DNA from: Rhodoblastus sp.
GTDB taxonomy: Bacteria; Pseudomonadota; Alphaproteobacteria; Rhizobiales; Beijerinckiaceae
Assembly: GCA_036796555.1 (NCBI GenBank)
Contig: DAIRCS010000002.1
Coordinates: forward strand, 10,233-74,232
Reading direction: 5' to 3'
DNA length: 64,000 nucleotides
Below the pieces are notes generated by a model. That model did no database searches, had not been told where the DNA came from, and saw nothing but the letters and a program-made list of their open reading frames with translations. The position numbers and the translations under genes were made by a program. Below are positions 48,203 to 57,303 of this stretch, piece after piece (position 1 is the stretch's first letter; each line of letters starts with the position of its first letter).

Positions 48203-49011
48203 CACTCGTCCGCACGTCGCGCCGGACTAGCCTGAGGCAATCTTTTCGGATTCAGTGGGCCATACTGCGCGCTGTAACCCGGAGGGAAGTCACCACAGTA
48301 TTTGGCGTAGGCTACGGAATTGCTTTTGTCGCAGCTTTGCTGGAGCCTGTGTTTCACATCGGCATAATCGCGCTCTGGCACTGGCTGATTCGTGTCAACT
48401 CGATTTACGGTCCAAGCAAGGTTCTGTTTATTAGCTCCGGCCTGTACCCGTTGTTCGTATTCGTGCACTTGTCGACTTCTTTTACCGCGGTCGCGAGATC
48501 GGAGATCTCTGAGCGCCGTTTGCCGACGGTGCGGCTATCCGATGTTATATTGGCGCGGGCCGCGGTGAAGTTGCTTGTCTATGTAGCGGTGGGGGTCGTG
48601 CTTTTCGGCGGGATCGCTCTTTTCATCACGCCGATGGCTGTGCCCCACGATCCTTCGCGTGTTTTGCTCGCGATCGCATTGCTTGCCGTGATCGGCGTCG
48701 GGATGGGCTTTTGCAATATCGCCATAGAATCTGTGCTGCCCATCTGGCACATGATCTATTCGCCATTGTCGCGAAGCATGATGCTATTTGCGGGTGTCCT
48801 GTACGTACCGGACTTTCTTCCGCCTTTTCTGCGAGGGTGGTTGGCATACAACCCGATCTTGCATGAGGTCATCTTGTTTCGGCAGGGCTTCTATCCCAAC
48901 TTTCCGTCGATATCCTATAGGCCGGGATATATGGCGGTCAGCGCCGGCGTCGTGCTATTCGTCGGGCTCGGATCGATGCGACTCATGACGAGGCGCCTTG
49001 ATGATCGTTGA
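48199..49011 (+). CDS. kpsM: capsule export ABC-2 type permease, KpsM/RkpS-like
   Basis: GTG at 48199 overlaps the kpsE-like stop (GTGA). About 6 hydrophobic helices and about 270 aa, with position typical for KpsM. Confidence 0.7.
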   Translation: MTLVRTSRRTSLRQSFRIQWAILRAVTRREVTTVFGVGYGIAFVAALLEPVFHIGIIALWHWLIRVNSIYGPSKVLFISSGLYPLFVFVHLSTSFTAVARSEISERRLPTVRLSDVILARAAVKLLVYVAVGVVLFGGIALFITPMAVPHDPSRVLLAIALLAVIGVGMGFCNIAIESVLPIWHMIYSPLSRSMMLFAGVLYVPDFLPPFLRGWLAYNPILHEVILFRQGFYPNFPSISYRPGYMAVSAGVVLFVGLGSMRLMTRRLDDR

Positions 49012-49180
49012 TCTGAACCAGAGGGATTGACGTTTCGTCCGTCGCGGATAGCCGACGTCGCGCGGCGCTGTTTCGCTGATGCACGACGTTGCGGTTTCAG
49101 ACGAGCCCTGGTTTGTGTGTGGGAGCTAGCTCCTGCCACGGTTTGCGGTTGGCCTTATCGAAGGAGGCAGTCGACGGAAT

Positions 49181-49846
49181 ATGGTTGTTCTTGAAACCGT
49201 TTCGCTGTCTTTTGAGACCAAGGGGCGTCGGCAGGTCATTTTCGACAAACTTGTCGGCATGTTGCCTACGAACAAGCGCTTTATCATTCTTGGCGCCCCC
49301 GGTTCCGGTAAATCCATCCTCATCAAGATGGTCGCTGGTCTGATACGGCCGGATTCCGGCTCGATCGAGAGAATGGCGCGCCTTTCCTATCCCGTCGGCT
49401 TTGGCGCCTGGTTCCGGCCCAAACTGACCGTCAAGCAGAACCTCGGCTACGCAGCCGACGTCTACGAAGTCGATCGGGACGAACTGATCGAATTCGTCGG
49501 CGAAGTCACGCGATTGCGCTACTGTTTCAGTATGAAATACGGCGAATTGCCTCCGCTGATGCGAGCTCAGCTGCACTATGCGACGAGTTACGCCATACCT
49601 TTTGACACCTATCTGATCGACGGTCTCATCGGCGCGGGCGATGAAGAGTTTCGGCTAACTTGCGACTCGATGTTCGAAGCGCGTGCGGCGGAAAGCGGGA
49701 TCATCATGGCAACCCGCCATATTCAGCATGCAAAGAAGTATGGCGATTGCGGCGCCCTGCTGAGCAACGGGAAGTTGACCTTCTTCGATGATGTCAATTT
49801 GTTGGTTCAGGCTTACCGGGAGAGCAAGACCGAAGTCCAGGATTAA
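49181..49846 (+). CDS. kpsT: capsule export ABC ATP-binding protein, KpsT/RkpT-like, with degenerate signature and Walker B
   Basis: GAAGGAGG precedes the ATG. Walker A GAPGSGKS. Aligns by eye to the KpsT layout (...MRAQL.YA....FDTYLIDGLIGAGDEEF...), but the residue after the Walker B Asp is Gly (GGT 49622-49624). Confidence 0.7.
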   Translation: MVVLETVSLSFETKGRRQVIFDKLVGMLPTNKRFIILGAPGSGKSILIKMVAGLIRPDSGSIERMARLSYPVGFGAWFRPKLTVKQNLGYAADVYEVDRDELIEFVGEVTRLRYCFSMKYGELPPLMRAQLHYATSYAIPFDTYLIDGLIGAGDEEFRLTCDSMFEARAAESGIIMATRHIQHAKKYGDCGALLSNGKLTFFDDVNLLVQAYRESKTEVQD

Positions 49847-50000
49847 CGAGGCGCGTCAGCGTCCTTGCCGTGAGACGCGCATCGAACGCAATAGGCAAGT
49901 TCAGCCGACGATGAGTCCGCGCGGGCTTTTCGCTCGAGCTCAGGACACGAGCGTCAAGCGATCGGCGCGAAACGGCGATTTATCGAAAAGGACACCTCAC

Positions 50001-50702
50001 ATGCTTTGCTCCCGATCGAATGGAATTCGCGCTTCGGCCATTGCGCTCACTTTCTCCTGCGCCTCCGCCATGGCGTCGGAATGCGACGGACATCCGGTGC
50101 AAACAGTGGAATTTCGGGGGAGGCCGATGACAGTTCGTATCGGGAACATGGCGCGGGCGCTGCCTGAGAACAGCGTTGTTGTTCTCGGCGATTCCATTGT
50201 GGCGCGTTGGCCGAAGCCGCAATTGGCCGGTGTCCTCGGCGACCCGATCGTCGTTCTTGCGAACGGCGGCGACAGGATCGAAAATACAAACTGGACTTTG
50301 ACTCAGGTCGACCAGAGCAAGGCCAGGACGGTCAGGCGCGTCGTATCCGAGGTCGGCACGGCGAATCTCACTGACACCGGCTGCGAGTTCGTGGCGAGAA
50401 CCCGAGCGTATTTCCAGAATTTGAGACGCGTTTTCTCAAATGCGAAAATCTACGCATTGAACATCTATCAAAAAGGTCTCGGCGGGCGCGCACGGGTTGA
50501 GCAGGTCCGGGCGGCGAACGAAGCCATAAGATCGGCTGCGGCCGACAATAACATCGCATATGTCGATATCCACGACCCTCTGGAGAACAAGTGCGTTGGT
50601 CAGGAGAGTTGCGCGCTGCTGGAAGCAAATCGTGTGCATCCATCCCAAGCGGGATACGATTTGTTCACCGCTGTCCTGCAAGACGCCATGCGCCGGCGAT
50701 AG
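50001..50702 (+). CDS. secreted SGNH/GDSL-family hydrolase (esterase/acyl-modifying)
   Basis: ATG at 50001 gives the signal peptide MLCSRSNGIRASAIALTFSCASAMA. Block I VVVLGDSIV, GTANL, and block V ...RVHPS. An upstream in-frame ATG at 49911 is possible. Confidence 0.6.
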   Translation: MLCSRSNGIRASAIALTFSCASAMASECDGHPVQTVEFRGRPMTVRIGNMARALPENSVVVLGDSIVARWPKPQLAGVLGDPIVVLANGGDRIENTNWTLTQVDQSKARTVRRVVSEVGTANLTDTGCEFVARTRAYFQNLRRVFSNAKIYALNIYQKGLGGRARVEQVRAANEAIRSAAADNNIAYVDIHDPLENKCVGQESCALLEANRVHPSQAGYDLFTAVLQDAMRRR

Positions 50703-50848
50703 CTTCAGGAATCGTCGGGTTCCCGGCCCAGCGAAGCTCTCAGTTCTTTACATCTCGGCCGGTCGACGCTTATCAGATATGTCCGTCGCTGAATGTCCTT
50801 CGTTCAGAGAGGCGCGTCTTCAGCGGCTATGTCCATGAAGGATTTGTG

Positions 50849-52804
50849 ATGACCTCGATCGTCGATCTCCCGTGGCTGCCGGCCGCTCCTGAAAATTTCA
50901 CGAAGCTGTGCAGGCAGTTCTCGCAGAGCGAAGGGCCTGCCGGCGGAGAAGCTCAAGCGCTCGCCAACTATCGTCTTAATCCGTCGCAATCGGGCGCCTT
51001 GACGCGCGCAATCGCCAAGCGACGCAAAACGACCGATAACTTTTCTCCGCTCACGCCGCTGCGGCTCGGCATTCTCTCGAATGCGACGACCGACGTGATC
51101 GACGATTGCATCCCCGCCGCCGCGCTGCGTCACGGCGTAGTCGTCGAATATGTGTCTTCGCCGTATGACCAGGTCGTACAGCAAGCGCTGGATCCGAATT
51201 CCATCGTCAACACAAGCAAGCTGGACCTGGTGCTGCTCGCCGTCGATCATCGATGGCTGCAACTCGACCGTCCCTCTCTTGCGACAGCCGATGCGAACAA
51301 GGTCACGGCTGCATTGCAGAAGCTGCGCAGCGTGATCCAGGCGTTGCGCCAGAACGGCGTCGCCACGATCCTGCAGACCGTTCCGACTCCGCCCATGTCG
51401 CTGTTCGGCAGCTTCGATCGTCGCGTGTCCGGAACGGTGCGCGCCATGATCGACGAGATCAACCGCCAGATACCGGCGCTCGCCGCGGAAGCAGGCGGCT
51501 ATATCCTGGACGTCGCGGCGCTCGCGGAGCGTGTCGGCTCGGACCGATGGTTCGATCCGGTACAATGGGCGGCTTATAAGCTTCCCTTTGCATCCGATGT
51601 CGTGCCCGCTTATGCCGATATGGTTGGTCGGCTGCTTGGCGCGGTGGCGGGCAAGGCGCGAAAATGCCTCGTTCTCGATCTCGACAACACCGTCTGGGGA
51701 GGCGTGATCGGCGACGACGGCCTTGAAGGCATCAAGATCGGACAGGGCAGCGCGCTTGGCGAAGCGTTTCTCTCCGTCCAGCATGCGGCGTTGGATTTGC
51801 GCGAGCGCGGTATAATACTGGCGGTCAGTTCGAAGAACGACGACGCCGTCGCGCGCGGCCCGTTTCGCGATCATCCCGACATGGCCTTGCGCGAATCTCA
51901 TATTTCGGCGTTTCAAGCCAACTGGTCCGATAAGCCCAGCAATCTGAAAGCCATCGCCGCCAGCCTGAACATCGGCGTCGATGCGCTCGTGTTCCTCGAC
52001 GACAACCCGGTCGAACGCGCCCAGGTTCGCGCGGCGCTGCCCATGGTGGCCGTTCCGGAATTGCCGCGGGATCCAGGCTGGTATGCGTGGTATCTCGCCG
52101 CCGCCGGATATTTCGAATCCGTCGCTTTTTCGGCCGAAGACACGATGCGCCTGGCGTCTTACGCCACCGATGCCCAACGCGCCAAGCTTCTCGAGCAGTC
52201 GCATGATCTCGGCGACTACCTGAGTTCGCTGCGCATGGAGATGGAAATTGCGCCGTTCGACGTTCAGGGACGACAGCGTATCACGCAGTTGATCAACAAG
52301 ACCAATCAGTTCAACCTGACGACACGTCGCTACAAGGAAGGGGACGTCGAATCCTTCGAGACCGATCCGTCCACATTCACGATGCAGGTGCGACTGCGCG
52401 ACTCCTACAGCGACCTGGGCATGATCGCCGTAGTGATCTGCAAGAGCTCCGAGACAGACGCCGCGCGGGAATGGCGCATCGACACCTGGTTGATGAGTTG
52501 CCGCGTCCTTGGACGGCGGGTTGAAGAAGCAATGCTCGCGCATGTGCTCGAGCACGCCAAAGCGCACGACGTGCGCCGATTGATCGGAACCTACATTCCC
52601 ACCGCCAAGAATTCGATGGTCGCCGATCTTCTCGGTCGACTCGGATTCGCGATGCGCTCGGAAACGGCCGACGGCGTGCGGACTTACGAATTGGATGTCG
52701 AACAGTATGTTGCGCCCGCCGATTTGCCGTTCTTGATGATTACAACGCCGAAGGCGCCCGTTGCGGCGGATTGGAGTCCGGTCGCGGTCGGGGACACTGC
52801 GTGA
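50849..52804 (+). CDS. FkbH-like protein (HAD-superfamily subfamily IIIC phosphatase domain with C-terminal acyltransferase-like domain)
   Basis: ATG at 50849. LRLGILSNATTD N-domain; HAD motif I CLVLDLDNTVWGGVIGDDG (51671-51700 region); SSKN, FLDDNP; C-terminal IDTWLMSCRVLGRRVEEAML. This is the architecture I know for TIGR01686-type FkbH-like proteins. Confidence 0.8.
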   Translation: MTSIVDLPWLPAAPENFTKLCRQFSQSEGPAGGEAQALANYRLNPSQSGALTRAIAKRRKTTDNFSPLTPLRLGILSNATTDVIDDCIPAAALRHGVVVEYVSSPYDQVVQQALDPNSIVNTSKLDLVLLAVDHRWLQLDRPSLATADANKVTAALQKLRSVIQALRQNGVATILQTVPTPPMSLFGSFDRRVSGTVRAMIDEINRQIPALAAEAGGYILDVAALAERVGSDRWFDPVQWAAYKLPFASDVVPAYADMVGRLLGAVAGKARKCLVLDLDNTVWGGVIGDDGLEGIKIGQGSALGEAFLSVQHAALDLRERGIILAVSSKNDDAVARGPFRDHPDMALRESHISAFQANWSDKPSNLKAIAASLNIGVDALVFLDDNPVERAQVRAALPMVAVPELPRDPGWYAWYLAAAGYFESVAFSAEDTMRLASYATDAQRAKLLEQSHDLGDYLSSLRMEMEIAPFDVQGRQRITQLINKTNQFNLTTRRYKEGDVESFETDPSTFTMQVRLRDSYSDLGMIAVVICKSSETDAAREWRIDTWLMSCRVLGRRVEEAMLAHVLEHAKAHDVRRLIGTYIPTAKNSMVADLLGRLGFAMRSETADGVRTYELDVEQYVAPADLPFLMITTPKAPVAADWSPVAVGDTA

Positions 52805-54093
52805 CGCCGTCGGATGCGTCTGCGGACGTCGTCAGGCGGGCGTTTTCGTCAACGGCCGGTCCAGTTCGTATTTTCAAGCAGACGGGAAATTCGACTTCGA
52901 TCGGTTGCCAGAGCGTGACCGGCGGAGAAGTCGTTCATCGCGACACGCCTGCCGATGTTCTCGGCTATGGCTTCATGTTCAATCCCGGCGCGATATCCAG
53001 CGGCGCGCGCGGGATCGGCGCAGCGCGTCTACGGCCCGACACGCTTCGCGATTTCGTGCCGATTTACGAACAGAATTTTCCAGGCAAGTCGCCCGGAGAA
53101 TCTCACGGCACGTCGATGTTGTCCTGGCTTGCCTGGCGCCGCGCGCATTTGGCCCTCCCCCAGGAACTCATGCTCTATCGAGCCCACGGCGCCGCTGGCA
53201 AAAGCCTCCGGGAGATTTCCAAAGGGACTCAGCCGTACGAAAACGGCCTGGTCGAATTGCGCCGCGCCACAGAAATCGCGGCGGGATACGGGAAGAGGGT
53301 CGTCTGCGAAGATTGCATTATCTCCAACGGGACGCAGGAACGAAAAGCAGGCGTTGGCCGATCCCAGTTCGTGCGCGAGCTCGAGGAGATCGCTCGCGAT
53401 CACAAAGTGGATTGGTCCCAGATCACCGGGCAGACGGAGGATATCCGTACCTGGATCACTCAGCTTTCGGCGAACTTCACGCCTGCTCGGGCCATCGGCT
53501 CGGAAATCTCGCTGGCGCAGCTCGACTTCGTCCGTTCGAACAAGCTGGCGAGGATGGTCGGGCCGCGCTATCCCTTCCAATATGCGGACGTGTCGCATTT
53601 TGTCGCCGAACGCGGCTACATCTGGGAGGGTGAATACATAGCGAAGGCGATATTTCAGGAAATCCAGGGCGTCCCCTGGAAGGCGCTCGGTCAGGACATT
53701 CTCATACGCCGAGACGGGCGCAATGTTTTTGTCCATTTCGACCGTGGGGGACTGACCATCGACAAGACGACCTTGCCGCCCGCGCCGCAGCTTGGATTTG
53801 CGGTGCATGAGGGCGACGCGCAGATTTGCATCGAGGACGTTTTGGTGTTCGGCGAGCGGCAGAAAGACGATTCCGTCCGCCTGGCGCTGGAGCGTGAGCC
53901 AGAAGGCGACGACCTTTGGCTGTCTTACTCATTCGATGGGCCAGGATCGCGTCTCCGAAGCGAGGCAGGCTGTCCCGGCCCGGCCGCATGGGGAAATCTG
54001 CGGGATTGCGATCCGACGCCGAGCCGTTACTTCCGCGGTGAATCTCTTCCCAATTGGTGCGTCGTGATGAAAGAGCGAATTCACCGGCAATGA
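52801..54093 (+). CDS. hypothetical protein (weak, unverified resemblance to SASA/SGNH-type carbohydrate esterases)
   Basis: 430-440 aa ORF in the lower-GC island with normal amino-acid composition. GTG 52801 overlaps the FkbH-like stop (GTGA). ...GESHGTSMLSW... and ...IISNGTQE... loosely parallel GQSNM / QGExD blocks. Confidence 0.45.
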   Translation: MTPSDASADVVRRAFSSTAGPVRIFKQTGNSTSIGCQSVTGGEVVHRDTPADVLGYGFMFNPGAISSGARGIGAARLRPDTLRDFVPIYEQNFPGKSPGESHGTSMLSWLAWRRAHLALPQELMLYRAHGAAGKSLREISKGTQPYENGLVELRRATEIAAGYGKRVVCEDCIISNGTQERKAGVGRSQFVRELEEIARDHKVDWSQITGQTEDIRTWITQLSANFTPARAIGSEISLAQLDFVRSNKLARMVGPRYPFQYADVSHFVAERGYIWEGEYIAKAIFQEIQGVPWKALGQDILIRRDGRNVFVHFDRGGLTIDKTTLPPAPQLGFAVHEGDAQICIEDVLVFGERQKDDSVRLALEREPEGDDLWLSYSFDGPGSRLRSEAGCPGPAAWGNLRDCDPTPSRYFRGESLPNWCVVMKERIHRQ

Positions 54094-54347
54094 ACGAGAT
54101 CGCCTTTCTGACGCGCGCGCGGAAGTTGCGTCAGATTGACGGTTGCAGCGCAAACTGATACCGAAACGGGGTAGAATGCTGGCTTTTGCCGCCTAGGCCA
54201 ATCCTTCAGATTCCCATGGAGCAGGAAGGCGCCTAATGCTAAATGCGGCGCTTGCGGCCAATGAAATCAATCGCGCAACTTCTCAGCCGTCTCCAGCCCC
54301 GGATAGGGGACGCGTTGCGGAATCCCGGCTCTGTCGAGAGAGGTGAT

Positions 54348-56261
54348 ATGGATACGATACGTGTCATGGCGATGGGTGGGTGCAACCTGAGGGGTCCCCT
54401 TGCGAAAGTTCGCGGTGTTGGACGTCGGGCGCCGGGTTCCGCTTGGAGCGCTGTTCCCGCAAATTTTCGTGTGGTCGGTCCGCCGTTCTGGACATACACA
54501 TTCGGCGAAATTATCCAGACGCTCGATCTTTATCGCGGAGAGCGAAAGATTCCCGACGAGTATCGACCGATGTGCGGGATCGACCGTAATTTTGTCGCCA
54601 AACCTGAGATTTTGAAAGAAACCGACGTATTTCTGCTCGAGCCAAATACGTCGCAAGAGATATCCTTGGACGGCTATTTTCTGAATCGAGTTCCCGTAAT
54701 CAACATGATGCATGCGCTCCGAGAGCTTGGGGCGGGGTACGGCAGTCAGGTCGGTCAGTGGTATAGTCGCGGAATAAATGGCCTTGATCACGAATTCGCG
54801 CAAAAGGTCGCGAAAGAACTGTCGCCGATACTGCGCGATGCCGATCTGAGTCCGAACGAGAAAGAGCTTTATCTGATGACCCTGAACGAGGCGCGCGGTT
54901 CAGTGCGCGATGTCGGGGAAGGCCTTCGTCAGGTGCTGTCAATCATCGATCGACCAGTAGGGCTTGTGACGTATACTTGGCAGTATCTTGAAGACGGTCG
55001 TTACATCAGTTGGCCGGCGGTCTTCATCAAGCAGGTGCTGGCGGCTGCGGAGAAGTTTTCGATTCCCGCCCTGGAACCGTACAAATACGTTCTCGAGCGC
55101 GGCGCCAAAGCCGCGATGCGCGAGGATATGCGCCATTACAATGGCGAGTTCGAGCCTTTTATGGCAGGGAAACTCGTCAGCTTTCTTCATGCCGTCGCAG
55201 GGCGGGAGTGTATAGACACGACCCAGGCCGTCGACGCCCCCCACTCGATCGCGCCTCGCATTTTCAAACCGCGTCCCTTACTTCATGTAAACGTCGCGTC
55301 GCCATTCGATCTGTATCTTGAACGACCGCCGCAATACGTGCTGAAACTTGCGTCGACTATGCATGTATACGAGCGTTCTTTCCTCTACAATCTGGCCAAG
55401 GAATACTATGCTGGAGATGGAATTATAGTCGATAACGGGGTATATCTTGGCGCTTCGACCTGCTCACTAGGGTATGGGGTTGGCGATTCCGATCTTCGCT
55501 CGAGCGTTATCGCCCATTTCGCAAGGCCAGTCACAGCTACGGATCCGGCAACGGTTACCGCGCCAAAATTAGGTCGCATGCGGCGCGAAGGGCTCGGCGA
55601 CGAGTTTCGTGTCGGCGATTCTGTAGAAGATATCGTCAAAGCAAATATAAAGCCTGTAAGCGATCTCATTAATCTACGGATTGGCGAGACGGTCGACGCT
55701 GGCGGGTCAGGCCCGGATGTCGAGATCTTATTCCAAGACAATTTGAATGGTCGAGACGCCAACCTGCGTGCTATTCATATGTATTATCCGAAGCTAATAC
55801 CAAATAGATCGATTGTCATTCAGAGAAATTATTTTATAGATAGCATGATGTATATAAGGATCCATCAGGAGTGTCTTGCCGAGAAATTTGAGTTCATTGG
55901 CGAGATCGGTTCCACGGCGATCTTTCGATGCAGGGAAAAGATAACCGAGGAGGAGGCGAAAAATGTTGCGGCCGCGTGCAAGGGACTCGACCGGCAATGC
56001 GCCTTTCTCGATGCGGCGACTGAGCGCAGTTCGGACCCGCAGCGGCGCTTGCTGATGATGATCTCCGTCGTGCGCCTGCTCGGTTATTCGCGGAGGGTTG
56101 AGGAGGCGCGCGCTCGCCTGAAGATGGTGGAAGCGGTTGTCGCGGAGATAGGCGAAGACAAGCTCTTGTCGCGCGTAAGGTCTTCGCTGCGAGGCGCCAG
56201 GCATATCTGCGCGCCCGATGAAAGCGGGCAGAGCCTTGCGCAGGCGCGCGAAATCGCGTAG
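54348..56261 (+). CDS. two-domain hypothetical protein: unknown N-terminal domain plus C-terminal TylF/class I methyltransferase-like domain
   Basis: ATG at 54348 follows GAGAGAGGTGAT (the track start at 54243 has no RBS). C-half YAGDGIIVDNGVYLGASTCSLGYG and VEILFQDNLNG...YYPKLIPNRSIVIQRNYF parallel the GD.VE.GV.RGGS and DGDLY...LY..L..GG....DDY blocks of macrocin-O-methyltransferase-like enzymes. Lowest GC of the window. Confidence 0.5.
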   Translation: MDTIRVMAMGGCNLRGPLAKVRGVGRRAPGSAWSAVPANFRVVGPPFWTYTFGEIIQTLDLYRGERKIPDEYRPMCGIDRNFVAKPEILKETDVFLLEPNTSQEISLDGYFLNRVPVINMMHALRELGAGYGSQVGQWYSRGINGLDHEFAQKVAKELSPILRDADLSPNEKELYLMTLNEARGSVRDVGEGLRQVLSIIDRPVGLVTYTWQYLEDGRYISWPAVFIKQVLAAAEKFSIPALEPYKYVLERGAKAAMREDMRHYNGEFEPFMAGKLVSFLHAVAGRECIDTTQAVDAPHSIAPRIFKPRPLLHVNVASPFDLYLERPPQYVLKLASTMHVYERSFLYNLAKEYYAGDGIIVDNGVYLGASTCSLGYGVGDSDLRSSVIAHFARPVTATDPATVTAPKLGRMRREGLGDEFRVGDSVEDIVKANIKPVSDLINLRIGETVDAGGSGPDVEILFQDNLNGRDANLRAIHMYYPKLIPNRSIVIQRNYFIDSMMYIRIHQECLAEKFEFIGEIGSTAIFRCREKITEEEAKNVAAACKGLDRQCAFLDAATERSSDPQRRLLMMISVVRLLGYSRRVEEARARLKMVEAVVAEIGEDKLLSRVRSSLRGARHICAPDESGQSLAQAREIA

Positions 56262-56346
56262 GGCGCAAGTTCATGAGGGGCCTCTAGTGCGTCGTTTCGA
56301 AGCGATGCGGCCATTTCCGGCAATTCAAATCAGAGTGACATCGGCA

Positions 56347-57303
56347 ATGACAATCGACAGCCTCGCCGCTTGGCCCAACTTGCAAAGACTGGCGTCCGCT
56401 GTGCTGGATGCGTGGCCGGCGCATCGTCGCGTCCTCGACAAATATCTCGGCGGCAGAGACGCGCAATTGCTGGATCATTCCGAATATGTCTCGTCGCTTG
56501 TCTGCAAGCTGACGGACCAGGGCGTCTACGACCTTGCGACGCTCGCGCAGTCCTATCGTTTTCTGTGCGAAAAGATCGTGTTGCCCGAAGAATTGTATTT
56601 CAGACGGCACAACGCCTATCGTCTGAGCACCTTCGAAGAGGCTTTTCGCGAAGTCTACAGCAACGACGAAGTCATGCCGAAATACATGGAGGGATTGCTG
56701 ACCTCCTACGCGATCTGGCCTAACCACGTCGCGGCCAGCCATCACTATGCCCACACGTTCTTGAAGGTCATTGCGCCGGGCGCGCGCATGCTCGAGATCG
56801 GCCCCGGACATGGCATGCTGATGTATATCGCCAGTTGCGCCCCGAATATCCGCAGTCTGACGGGGTGGGACGTCTCCCAGGCCAGCCTTGATATGACCAG
56901 GCAGACGCTCGACCATCTCGGCGTGACGCGAGAATATACTCTGGCCGAGCGCAACATTTTCGCCGGCGCCGGAGCCGACGTCGGAACCGAAAAATTCGAT
57001 GCGATCGTCCTCAGCGAGGTGCTCGAACATCTCGAACATCCGATGGAGGCTCTCGCAGCCATCTACGATTTGCTGGAGCCCGGTGGAAAGGCCTGGATCA
57101 ACGTGCCGGTCAACAGTCCGCTGCCCGATCACATCTTCCTTCTGAGGAGCGTTCAGGAAGCCGTGGGGGTGATCGAAAAGGCGGGATTCGCCATCCATTC
57201 CTGGGATGCGTTTCCGGCGGGCGCGGTGACGCTCGAACGCGCCGTAAAGGAAGCCCTGACCATAAACTGCGTCATCATAGCAGAGCGGCCCGCCCGCCAA
57301 TGA
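56347..57303 (+). CDS. class I SAM-dependent methyltransferase
   Basis: ARMLEIGPGHGML (motif I), DAIVLSEVLEHLEHP, LLEPGGKAWINVP. The start may be ATG 56347 or ATG 56305. Confidence 0.75.
   Translation: MTIDSLAAWPNLQRLASAVLDAWPAHRRVLDKYLGGRDAQLLDHSEYVSSLVCKLTDQGVYDLATLAQSYRFLCEKIVLPEELYFRRHNAYRLSTFEEAFREVYSNDEVMPKYMEGLLTSYAIWPNHVAASHHYAHTFLKVIAPGARMLEIGPGHGMLMYIASCAPNIRSLTGWDVSQASLDMTRQTLDHLGVTREYTLAERNIFAGAGADVGTEKFDAIVLSEVLEHLEHPMEALAAIYDLLEPGGKAWINVPVNSPLPDHIFLLRSVQEAVGVIEKAGFAIHSWDAFPAGAVTLERAVKEALTINCVIIAERPARQ

Noticed and set aside
54243-54347. N-terminal 35-aa extension of the 672-aa track ORF
   Set aside because: It has no RBS and is Arg-rich. A strong GAGAGAGGTGAT RBS precedes the internal ATG at 54348, so the shorter start is preferred, though not proven.
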